Position numbers and translations under genes: made by a program | The notes under the pieces: generated by a model | The model's database searches: none | What the model was told of the DNA's origin: nothing | Seen by the model: the letters and a program-made list of their open reading frames with translations, nothing else | Part shown: piece after piece, positions 9,628-17,615 of the stretch | Numbering within the stretch: position 1 is the stretch's first letter | Layout: each line of letters starts with the position of its first letter | IMG/VR virus record: IMGVR_UViG_2706796489_000001 | Coordinates: 1 to 64,000 of that record | Strand: one strand, 5' to 3' | DNA length: 64,000 nt | Source of the DNA: a virus | Lineage: Duplodnaviria > Caudoviricetes

Positions 9628-9656
9628 TTGACTTAAAACCTCCGTCCCGAAATAAT
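9628..9656 (+). promoter_or_regulatory. sigma70-like promoter for the head genes
   Basis: TTGACT-17 bp-AATAAT in the portal/protease intergenic gap. Confidence 0.6.
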
Positions 9657-9699
9657 GTCGGCACTTTCACCGCGTCCCTGAAAAAGCACCAAACTGGTT

Positions 9700-10848
9700 A
9701 TGGCCAAGAGCGTAAAAGTTACCCCCGCTATCGAAGCCCGTGTTCGTGCGAACAACGGAGGCGAAGACGTTGACATGAGCAAGGTCGTCGTCTTCGAGAC
9801 CGTGGCCGCGTCAACCAGCCCGATCAACAAGCGTGGTTCCATCTTCGACAAGGGCGTGATCTCCGCGTCCACCTTGATCGAGATGGCCAACTACCTGAAC
9901 CAGCAGAAGGGCTTCGTGCCGCTGCACACTCTGCACCCGCAAGGTGACGAGTTGCCGCTGGGCCGCTTCTTCTACGCCGAGGTGCTGCCTTCGCCGGACG
10001 GCGACGGGTCGATGGACCTGGTGGCGCAGTTCTACATCTCGGCCACCGAAGAAGACAAGATCGCCAAGATGGAGCAAGGCATCATTGACGAGGTGTCGGT
10101 GACGCTGCGCACGAAGACGATCCTGTGCTCGGAATGCGGCTGGGATTACCTCGGCAAAGACGCCACCATCATGAATCTCTTTGACCAGACGTGCGGCAAC
10201 GACCACACTGTCGGTCATAACGGAGTCCACGTTAACCTCAATGGCATGGAAGCGTGGACGGAAACCTCGCTCGTGTCCAAAGGTGCCTCGTCCAATGCGA
10301 AGATCGCGGGTCGTGCCAAGCAACGACTCTCGGCCGAGCATTACGAGAAACTGGCCGCGAGCGGTATCCATCCCGACGCTACTTTCCTTACCGCAACCAT
10401 CAAAGATCACCCCCGGAGCAATTCGACCATGGACAAAGAAACCCTCGACCGCCTGACCTCGTTGAGCGCCAGCGAAGCCACCCTGAAGGCCCAGGTCGTT
10501 ACCCTGACCGCCAGCGAAACCACGCTCAAGGCCCAAGTCGCCGCGCTGACCGCCGAGCGTGACCAGCTCAAGTCCGGTGAAGCCGTGACCGCCGCTGTCG
10601 CCGCGCACGAAGCCACCAAGACCGAACTGGCCGCTGCCAACACCGCGCACGACGCCACCAAGGCCGAGCTGACCGCCGCCAACACGGCCAAGGCCGAGCT
10701 GGAAACCAAGCTGACCGCCGCCACGGCCCAGGTCGAGGTGCTGAAGGCCAACGTGATCAACAACCCCCGAGCCAATGGTGACAAGACCGGCGTCTCGGAC
10801 CTCTCCGCTTCGGCGGGCAACAGCGCGTTCAAGACCCGTCGCAACTAA
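9700..10848 (+). CDS. prohead protease fused to a coiled-coil scaffold
   Basis: N-terminal protease-like domain (LHTLH, DEVSV, ETSLVSKGA) plus C-terminal Ala-rich heptad repeats (SEATLKAQV/SETTLKAQV; AHEATKTEL/AHDATKAEL). Confidence 0.8.
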   Translation: MAKSVKVTPAIEARVRANNGGEDVDMSKVVVFETVAASTSPINKRGSIFDKGVISASTLIEMANYLNQQKGFVPLHTLHPQGDELPLGRFFYAEVLPSPDGDGSMDLVAQFYISATEEDKIAKMEQGIIDEVSVTLRTKTILCSECGWDYLGKDATIMNLFDQTCGNDHTVGHNGVHVNLNGMEAWTETSLVSKGASSNAKIAGRAKQRLSAEHYEKLAASGIHPDATFLTATIKDHPRSNSTMDKETLDRLTSLSASEATLKAQVVTLTASETTLKAQVAALTAERDQLKSGEAVTAAVAAHEATKTELAAANTAHDATKAELTAANTAKAELETKLTAATAQVEVLKANVINNPRANGDKTGVSDLSASAGNSAFKTRRN

Positions 10849-10900
10849 GACGGATCGCACGCGCCGTTAATCATCAACCCACCGACTACTGGAGAACCAC

Positions 10901-11299
10901 ATGCAGATCGGTCAAGGCGTTACCCTCAGTGGCCACTTCCACGAGGACTCGCAGTACACGTTCGTTCTGAACCCGGCCATCACCAAGGCTGACATCGCCA
11001 AGGCCGTGCGCGTCACCGGCCCGAACACCGTGTCGCTGGCTGGCGACGGCGAAGAAATCGACGGTCGCCTGGAAGTGGTCGAAGACCGCGTGCAGGAAGG
11101 CATCAAGGTCGGCACGATCAACGCCAATGGCGGCGTCATCTTCCCGCTCAAGAGCGGCGATGCCCTGGCTCCGGGCGACTGGGCCATCGGTGGCGGCGCG
11201 GGCAGCGTGCGCAAGGCTCTGCCGGCCGATACGGTCGGTCGCAGCTGGAAGTGCGTCGAGAAGCTGTCGGCCACCCAAGTCGTGCTGCTGAAGCTGTAA
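10901..11299 (+). CDS. head decoration/cement protein
   Basis: 132-aa beta-rich ORF between scaffold and capsid genes. Confidence 0.65.
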   Translation: MQIGQGVTLSGHFHEDSQYTFVLNPAITKADIAKAVRVTGPNTVSLAGDGEEIDGRLEVVEDRVQEGIKVGTINANGGVIFPLKSGDALAPGDWAIGGGAGSVRKALPADTVGRSWKCVEKLSATQVVLLKL

Positions 11300-11345
11300 T
11301 CGGCCGCGTTCCCAGAACAACAACCCCACTCATCCAGGAACCAAA

Positions 11346-12524
11346 ATGGATCTCATCGACATCAAGCGTCAATCGCCCGAAGACGCCCTGGCTGGCCTGA
11401 AGGCCACCAGCATGTCCGAATCGGTCGCGGCCGGCCAAAAGCTGATCGCCCGCGCCAAGGACGTGAGTCTGAACCTGCGCGACTACCTCGTGCTGGCCAT
11501 CGACCCGCGCCTGTCCAAGGCCGACGACGCCCGCAAGTACGAAGGCCTGAATGGCTACGAAGCCACGCTGGCCCACCTGAACCTGCCGGTTCGCACCGAC
11601 CTGGAACAGGGCGTGCTGCTGCAAGCCGCCAGCGAAACCTTCCAGACGTACCCCGGCACCCGCGCCATGTTCCCCGAAGTCATGGACGACGTGCTGCGCT
11701 GGAAGAACCGCCAGGACCAGCTGGAAACCGTCACCCCGCTGCTGGCGCAATCGCGCACCATCAACGGCGCCGAAATGATCTCCACCTTCGTGGACGACGA
11801 CTCGGACCAGCGCGGCACCTACACGGTGTCGGAACTGGGCCGCATCCCGGTTCGCTCGCTGCGCACGTCGCAACAAGCGGTCGGCATGTTCAAGCACGGT
11901 TCGGGCTACCGCACCAGCTACGAGTTCAACCGCCGCGCCAGCCTGGACATCATGACCCCGTTCGCCGCCCGTGTGGCCCGCGAGCTGGAGATCTCCAAGG
12001 TCAAGGCGGCTACGTCCATCCTGATCAATGGCGACGGCGTGAACCCGGCCGCGACCGTGGTGCCGATCTCGTCGTTCGACGGCGTGCCCGCCGATGGTCT
12101 GTCCAAGAACTACAAGGCGCTGGCCAAGTGGCTGATGAAGGCCGCGAAGGAAGGTCGTCCGATCGACACGATCATCGGCAACTACGACATCTTCGTGGAC
12201 CTGCTGTTCATGTTCCAGCCCACGCTGTACGGCACCACGACCGACATCGAAAAGCTGGTCGCTGCCGGTGCGCCGAAGATCAACACCAACATCCCGCTGC
12301 TGAACCAGTCGGTGAACTTCCAGCTGTCCTCGACCGTCCCGGCCGGCCAGCTGGTGGGCTTCACCAAGGCCGAAACGCTGGAAGAGCTGCTGGAAGCCGG
12401 TTCGAACATCTCGGAAAACGAGCGTTCCATCGTCAACCAGGCGATCACCTACGTTCGTTCCGAGAACACGGGCTACCGCCTGGTGTTCGGTGACACGCGC
12501 TCGATCCTGGACACGACCGCGTAA
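11346..12524 (+). CDS. major capsid protein
   Basis: 392 aa, strongly biased codons, HK97-like features (KHGSGYRTSYE; ILINGDG) and a terminator downstream. Confidence 0.88.
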   Translation: MDLIDIKRQSPEDALAGLKATSMSESVAAGQKLIARAKDVSLNLRDYLVLAIDPRLSKADDARKYEGLNGYEATLAHLNLPVRTDLEQGVLLQAASETFQTYPGTRAMFPEVMDDVLRWKNRQDQLETVTPLLAQSRTINGAEMISTFVDDDSDQRGTYTVSELGRIPVRSLRTSQQAVGMFKHGSGYRTSYEFNRRASLDIMTPFAARVARELEISKVKAATSILINGDGVNPAATVVPISSFDGVPADGLSKNYKALAKWLMKAAKEGRPIDTIIGNYDIFVDLLFMFQPTLYGTTTDIEKLVAAGAPKINTNIPLLNQSVNFQLSSTVPAGQLVGFTKAETLEELLEAGSNISENERSIVNQAITYVRSENTGYRLVFGDTRSILDTTA

Positions 12525-12546
12525 TTCGGCCAGCATGTTGGCACAG

Positions 12547-12576
12547 AGGCCCGCCCGAACTCGGGCGGGCCTTTTT
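12547..12576 (+). terminator. rho-independent terminator
   Basis: AGGCCCGCCCGA-AC-TCGGGCGGGCCT-TTTT after the capsid gene. Confidence 0.88.
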
Positions 12577-12600
12577 ACTTAGAACTCAAGGAGCTTTCCC

Positions 12601-13239
12601 ATGAAGAAGAAACTGCTCGTTCAAGCCCTGGCCTCGATCATGCTGATCGAGCCGGTCCAAGGCACCGTCATCACCAACAAGCGCCCGCATGTGGTGGATG
12701 ACTCGTACTTCATCAAGCAACGCTCCGGTGGCACCGTGCCGCCGATGGAACCGCAGATCAAGGTCTTCGAAGATGTCGAGCTGAAGGACACCGCCGCCGA
12801 CGAAGAGCTGGCCAAGTTCTTCAAGGACTCGGACGGCGACGAGAACCTGGCCATGACCGCGTTCCTGAGCAAGTACAGTGCGGATGCCCCGGACGACGAG
12901 ACCGAGGACGAGCGCGCCGCCCGTGAGGCCCAGGAACGCACCGACGCCGCCGCCCGCGAGGCGATGGCGCAGGCTGACGCCACGGCTGCTGCCGAGGCCC
13001 AGGCCAAGGCCAAGGCTGACGCTGCTGCGGCCGAGCAACAGGCCAAGGAAGCCCAGGAACAGGCTGAGAAGCAGGCCAAGGAAGCCCAGGAACAGGCCGA
13101 GAAGGACCAGGCCGACGCTGCTGCCAAGGCCGCGCAGGAAAAGGCCGATGCGGATGCTGCCGCCAAGGCTGCGCAGGACGCCGCTGCTGCCGAAGAAGCG
13201 GCCAAGACCCCGACCCAGACGGGTCGTCGTCGCGCTTAA
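12601..13239 (+). CDS. hypothetical virion-module protein with Ala/Glu/Lys/Gln repeats
   Basis: AAGGAG RBS; repeated KEAQEQAEK and ADAAAKAAQ units. Confidence 0.75.
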   Translation: MKKKLLVQALASIMLIEPVQGTVITNKRPHVVDDSYFIKQRSGGTVPPMEPQIKVFEDVELKDTAADEELAKFFKDSDGDENLAMTAFLSKYSADAPDDETEDERAAREAQERTDAAAREAMAQADATAAAEAQAKAKADAAAAEQQAKEAQEQAEKQAKEAQEQAEKDQADAAAKAAQEKADADAAAKAAQDAAAAEEAAKTPTQTGRRRA

Positions 13240-13248
13240 GGAGCGGCC

Positions 13249-13974
13249 ATGCGGTGGTTTCAAGCAGGTATCGGTTTCAAGCTCAACCTCCAACTGGTGG
13301 TGGACGAGCTGCCGGCTCAGGCCGACAACGGCGAGATCCAGTGGAGCATGCGGGATCAGGCCGGCAACGTTGTGGGCGCGCCCCAGCGAACCGGATCTGC
13401 GACCGGGACCACTGGCGTTCTGGAGTTGACCGACTCCGACATGACCTTGACCGCTGGAAACGAGACGGAGGCGCGGTATGCCTCCGTCCGTTTCCAGGTT
13501 GAGGGTGTCCAGCAAGAGCAACGTTTGACCTTCGGGGTTGCTCCTTTCCTTCCTATCGAGGCTGACGCCCGCCTGGTGCGGACGATCCTCGGTCTCAGTG
13601 GGGAAGAGCTGGCGTCGGATGAGGTTGACGTGGTAACGGCGTTCTACACGCTTAAGGAAACCTACGGGAACAACCTTCTGGCGGCTTTGTCCAGCGGAAA
13701 GGTGAAGTTGAGGAATTCGGTTAACCGAGCTGTGGCCCTCAAGGCTGCGATTCAACTCATCCCGTCTCTTCAACTTCGCACCTATCAGACGACCCAAAAT
13801 GAAAACTCGATGTTCACCCGATTTCGGGCCATTGACTGGGACCGACTGCTGGCGGATCTTGAAGCCCAGCTGGCTGAAAGTCTTGCTGATGCTGGTCTTA
13901 CTGGCGATGTGACCGAAAGCTATCCCGTGATCTTCCTCGTCTCTCAACCTCAAGATCCTGTGACCGGCCAATGA
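13249..13974 (+). CDS. putative head-tail adaptor
   Basis: Position after the capsid; helical C-terminal half (VRTILGLSGEEL..DEVD). Confidence 0.55.
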   Translation: MRWFQAGIGFKLNLQLVVDELPAQADNGEIQWSMRDQAGNVVGAPQRTGSATGTTGVLELTDSDMTLTAGNETEARYASVRFQVEGVQQEQRLTFGVAPFLPIEADARLVRTILGLSGEELASDEVDVVTAFYTLKETYGNNLLAALSSGKVKLRNSVNRAVALKAAIQLIPSLQLRTYQTTQNENSMFTRFRAIDWDRLLADLEAQLAESLADAGLTGDVTESYPVIFLVSQPQDPVTGQ

Positions 13975-14495
13975 CCCGCAATAGCAACCTGACGCGCATC
14001 GTCATCAACAAGTCGCGTGGCAACGCTCGGGTTGCTGCGACCATCTCTGCTCCCCAGGCGAGATCCGCAACGGAGAACTTCGAGTCTGTGATGCGCCTAC
14101 TTCAGGCGCCTATCGGCTCGGTGATCGAGCCTGGGGACACCATTTTCGACCTCGGCAACTTCTATGTCGTGGGCTACTTCAATGTGACCCACAAGGCCAA
14201 GGTCTTCCGCATGTTCATCACCCCTGAAGAAGGGAAGATCACTCGGCGCAAGATGGTGAAAGACAGCGTGACCGGCTACGACCAGCAAGATGGTCAGGAC
14301 GTGGTGGAGAGCTTCCACTTCGCCTTCGAAAGCCGGAGCCAGAAGGCGGACGTGACGCATTATTCGCAGTCAACCTTTCGGATCATCACCGGCTACCCGA
14401 TCATTGAAGGCGACATCATCTCGTCCCACAAGCTGCGCATCAAGAACGTGCGCGAGGACAACGGCGTCTACTACTCCGAAGCGGTGGCTGCATGA
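13971..14495 (+). CDS. putative head closure/stopper protein
   Basis: Beta-rich 174 aa, ATGA-coupled, in the neck region. Confidence 0.5.
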   Translation: MTRNSNLTRIVINKSRGNARVAATISAPQARSATENFESVMRLLQAPIGSVIEPGDTIFDLGNFYVVGYFNVTHKAKVFRMFITPEEGKITRRKMVKDSVTGYDQQDGQDVVESFHFAFESRSQKADVTHYSQSTFRIITGYPIIEGDIISSHKLRIKNVREDNGVYYSEAVAA

Positions 14496-15256
14496 GCACG
14501 CCGGCCCAGGCCATCGCTTCGCTACGAGCACAGATCAACAACGTTGTGCTGGAGCAAGTCAACCGCCGTGTAGCCATGACGGCGGATCGCCTGAGCACTC
14601 GGCTCAAGAGCCGGGTCAAGACCGATCTTCAAACCTTCTTTCTTCAGTTCCGCACGTTGCTCAACGGGTTGCAGTTCGACCCTGATTGGGTCTACGACTA
14701 CAACAACACACCGTGGCGTGAACTGAACTTCGATTACGTCAAGACGAAGAAAGCTGATCGCATCGACTACTTCGTCTATTCAGAACTGCCCAAGGTGCTC
14801 AGGCGCGCCGCCAGGAATCGTCGCAAGACCATCGGTGGAAGTGAGGGGGGAAGAGCCAGCTTGAGGAAAGTGCTCGCTGGCATCGCCAATCCTGAACGGA
14901 TCTTCGGACCCGTGACCGTGACCGTTCAATCGAACACCGGGATCAACAAGTCCGGCAAGCGCTACTACCTGGCAGGAACAACGCTTGATGGCGTGAAGGC
15001 TGGTGGCCGACTGGTGCAGAACGGACGCGACGTGGTATCCATCATGGTCAATTGGGCACCCAAGTTCGACGGCAAGAACGTGCTACAGCGCGGTGTCGTA
15101 GAAGCTGCCTTGCCAAGGGCCGGCCGGCTGCGCCAGAAACTCATGAACCGAGATGGCTCCTACCGCGCCCTCATCGGTCCTCGAATGCTGTGGTATCAAG
15201 ATCAACGCATCCCAGAGATCATTCAACAGATCATTGATGGAAAAGGATTGAAATGA
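14492..15256 (+). CDS. putative neck/tail completion protein
   Basis: ATGA-coupled and basic, in the neck region. Confidence 0.5.
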   Translation: MSTPAQAIASLRAQINNVVLEQVNRRVAMTADRLSTRLKSRVKTDLQTFFLQFRTLLNGLQFDPDWVYDYNNTPWRELNFDYVKTKKADRIDYFVYSELPKVLRRAARNRRKTIGGSEGGRASLRKVLAGIANPERIFGPVTVTVQSNTGINKSGKRYYLAGTTLDGVKAGGRLVQNGRDVVSIMVNWAPKFDGKNVLQRGVVEAALPRAGRLRQKLMNRDGSYRALIGPRMLWYQDQRIPEIIQQIIDGKGLK

Positions 15257-15735
15257 GCAATGTGAGCAACGACCCGTATCTCGACCATATGGCCAGCGTG
15301 CGGGCTTTCTGCAATCGCATGCTGCAAACGGGGAACCTCGGCCTGGATGTGGACACGACCGGCAAAGGCCCGCTGGTGGACTTCGACAGCTACGGCGACT
15401 CGGATGATCTGCCGCCCAAGGACTTGATCGGTCCTGCCAGCTTCTCGCTGGACATTGACGAACACCTGGTGTCGATCACGGTCATGATCGGCATTTGCAC
15501 GCAAAACGATTTGAACAGCCAGCGCTTGAACAAAGCGATCAGCCAGTTGCTCAAATCTCTGCTGCCCACAAAAGAAATCCCCGTTATTCGAGCGAATAAC
15601 GGGGAGCGTATCGGTGGCATGAAGGTCGGTCAGAACGTCCGCGTGCTGCCGGTGTCTGGTGAAGCTGGCCGCAACATGAAGTTCGTCGCGGTTGAACTCC
15701 ACTCCACCGTAACTCTCAACCTCTCTGATGACTGA
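15253..15735 (+). CDS. putative tail terminator
   Basis: 160 aa, last neck gene before the tail tube gene. Confidence 0.55.
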   Translation: MSNVSNDPYLDHMASVRAFCNRMLQTGNLGLDVDTTGKGPLVDFDSYGDSDDLPPKDLIGPASFSLDIDEHLVSITVMIGICTQNDLNSQRLNKAISQLLKSLLPTKEIPVIRANNGERIGGMKVGQNVRVLPVSGEAGRNMKFVAVELHSTVTLNLSDD

Positions 15736-15916
15736 AGTTTCTTTTCAGAGAGTTGTCCGAGTCAACCGAGTCATCAATTGCCTTGGAAAGCAGATGAATG
15801 ATCTCGGCATTTCGGGTTCGATGCTGGAGCTTGGCGCGGGTGTCGATCTGATCCTTCAAGGATCGGGGAATGCGAAGCGTGAAAGCGTCGAGTTCGTCGG
15901 GGTTGGGATGGGCCAT
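15716..15916 (-). CDS. Arc-like ribbon-helix-helix DNA-binding protein
   Basis: FTLRIPRSLKDQIDTRAKLQHRTRNAEIIHLL matches the Arc/Mnt pattern; AGGAACG RBS-like sequence upstream. Confidence 0.8.
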   Translation of the reverse strand: MAHPNPDELDAFTLRIPRSLKDQIDTRAKLQHRTRNAEIIHLLSKAIDDSVDSDNSLKRNFSHQRG

Positions 15917-16007
15917 GGTGGTTCGTTCCTATACCTAATAAAACCTTTGCTTGTTGAAGGTATCACGATTACGATTCCGCAACCAGATTTTTAACCGGAG
16001 AGCTAAC

Positions 16008-16808
16008 ATGGCTGGTGAAGCTAAGACTGAAAAATTCATGCTGGGAACGGCCACGGTCATGATCGGCCCCATGGCCGACTTGTTCGACCTGAATCCCAAG
16101 GAACATTCCATCGGCCTGGTGAAGAACTTCACCATGACCTCGGAACCCGGCTATACGGATCTGACGCAAGGTGTCAAGAACACCACCGTGTACTCGATCA
16201 TGACCTCCAACCCCGTGCGCGCCACGATGGAAGTCTACGAGCACACGATGCGCAACCTGGCCTACTCGCTGGGCCTGAACGGCGGCGGCTACAACGTCGA
16301 TCCGGCCGCGAGCACGACGACCAGCGCCGACATCGCCGCCGATCCGGCCGGCGTGAGCGTGGTTCCCGTCGTGGCCACCACCAGCTTCGCCGCTGGCAAG
16401 TGGATCGCCGTCAAGCCCACCGGCGAGTCGGACAACGTGATCGTGGCCGAAGTCGAAAGCCTGGACGCCACGGCCAAGACCATCACCATCAAGCAAAAGA
16501 TCACGGTGGCCGTGCCGACCGGCTCCAAGGTCGAAGCCATGGAGATCGTCGGCGTCGGCTCCAAGGAAAACCAGCCCTACCTCGCGGCCAAGGTCGTGGG
16601 CGAGCTGGCCAACGGCGACGTGGTGGCGCTGCTGATCCCGAAGATGCGCGTGACGGCCGGCTTCACGCTGTCGTTCCGCACCGACAACTTCGGCAACCTG
16701 CCGTTCACCATGACGCTGTACGACCTGGTCAACAGCGACATCTTCTTCGACACGTTCAAGCCGTATGGTCAGGCCATGCTGGCGGCGGCGGCGAAGGCGA
16801 CGACCTAA
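16008..16808 (+). CDS. major tail (tube) protein
   Basis: GGAG RBS before ATG 16008; beta-rich; IGLVKN..MTSEP; biased codons; terminator follows. Confidence 0.85.
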   Translation: MAGEAKTEKFMLGTATVMIGPMADLFDLNPKEHSIGLVKNFTMTSEPGYTDLTQGVKNTTVYSIMTSNPVRATMEVYEHTMRNLAYSLGLNGGGYNVDPAASTTTSADIAADPAGVSVVPVVATTSFAAGKWIAVKPTGESDNVIVAEVESLDATAKTITIKQKITVAVPTGSKVEAMEIVGVGSKENQPYLAAKVVGELANGDVVALLIPKMRVTAGFTLSFRTDNFGNLPFTMTLYDLVNSDIFFDTFKPYGQAMLAAAAKATT

Positions 16809-16847
16809 GAGGTTCGATTAGGTATCAAAAATACCCTTGATGAACCT

Positions 16848-16878
16848 AGCCCCACGAGGCATACTCGTGGGGCTTTTT
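16848..16878 (+). terminator. rho-independent terminator
   Basis: AGCCCCACGAG-GCATA-CTCGTGGGGCT-TTTT. Confidence 0.88.
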
Positions 16879-16894
16879 CATTCAAGGATCAACC

Positions 16895-17347
16895 ATGACC
16901 GACGCTTCCCCTGCCGAATACCAACGCCCCGTTGACCACCTCACCGTCAAGGTGGCCGGTGAACCCGTGAAGCTGAAGATGACCTTCGGCTTGCTCAACG
17001 AGATCTGCCGCCACTACGGCGACGTACACGCCGCCACCCAAGCGCCGCTGAACGCCGAGCTGCGAGACGCAACCATGGTCCTGCTGTTCTCGCCGCGTGA
17101 CGAGAATGGCGAGATCCCGGACGGCAAGATGGTGCGCCTGGCCACCCTGGATATCAGCCTGGACGAGGCCGAGGACGCGGTGTCCTGGGCCTCCGAACAC
17201 GCCATCTATTTTTTCGTGACCGCGCTGAAGAGGGTCGTGAAAGCGCAGCGGGAAAACGCGGCCCTGAAGGATCTCATGAAGGTGGCCGGGGTAACGCTCC
17301 AGGCTCCCGGAACCTCGACCACTTCGTCCGTTGGTACGGAAAGCTGA
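16895..17347 (+). CDS. tail assembly chaperone (gpG-like)
   Basis: Between the tube and tape measure genes; contains slippery T-TTT-TTC at 17209..17215. Confidence 0.85.
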   Translation: MTDASPAEYQRPVDHLTVKVAGEPVKLKMTFGLLNEICRHYGDVHAATQAPLNAELRDATMVLLFSPRDENGEIPDGKMVRLATLDISLDEAEDAVSWASEHAIYFFVTALKRVVKAQRENAALKDLMKVAGVTLQAPGTSTTSSVGTES

Positions 17348-17610
17348 CCTTCCAAGAAGCGGTCTGCTGGTCCTTTGGTGTCGTCCCTTCGGAACTGCCC
17401 AGTCTTTTCTGGCGGTACACGTATTACGACATTAAAATACGCACCAGACTGCGGCTTGGTGAATGTCAAGCAAATCATGTGCAGCAGTTCCAGACGCTCG
17501 CCTTGCTCCTTTCGCAAACCATAGGCAGCTCCGGTTCTGAAGCCCAGGACCAGCGCCCGAAGGACATGGCAGATGCAACTCGGCAACTGTCGCGCCTCTT
17601 CGGAAAATAA
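17209..17610 (+). CDS. -1 frameshift extension of the chaperone (gpGT-like); no start codon of its own
   Basis: The -1 frame is open from the slippery site to TAA at 17608..17610 (...RWYGKLTFQEAVCWSFG...LSRLFGK), ending 5 nt before the tape measure start. Confidence 0.8.
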   Translation, partial: FFRDRAEEGRESAAGKRGPEGSHEGGRGNAPGSRNLDHFVRWYGKLTFQEAVCWSFGVVPSELPSLFWRYTYYDIKIRTRLRLGECQANHVQQFQTLALLLSQTIGSSGSEAQDQRPKDMADATRQLSRLFGK

Positions 17611-17615
17611 GTGAA

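Noticed and set aside
12940-13200. Tandem DNA repeats (e.g. AAGGAAGCCCAGGAACAGGC twice) as a CRISPR-like or regulatory array
   Set aside because: In-frame coding repeats of an Ala/Glu/Lys-rich helical protein, with no spacer-repeat periodicity
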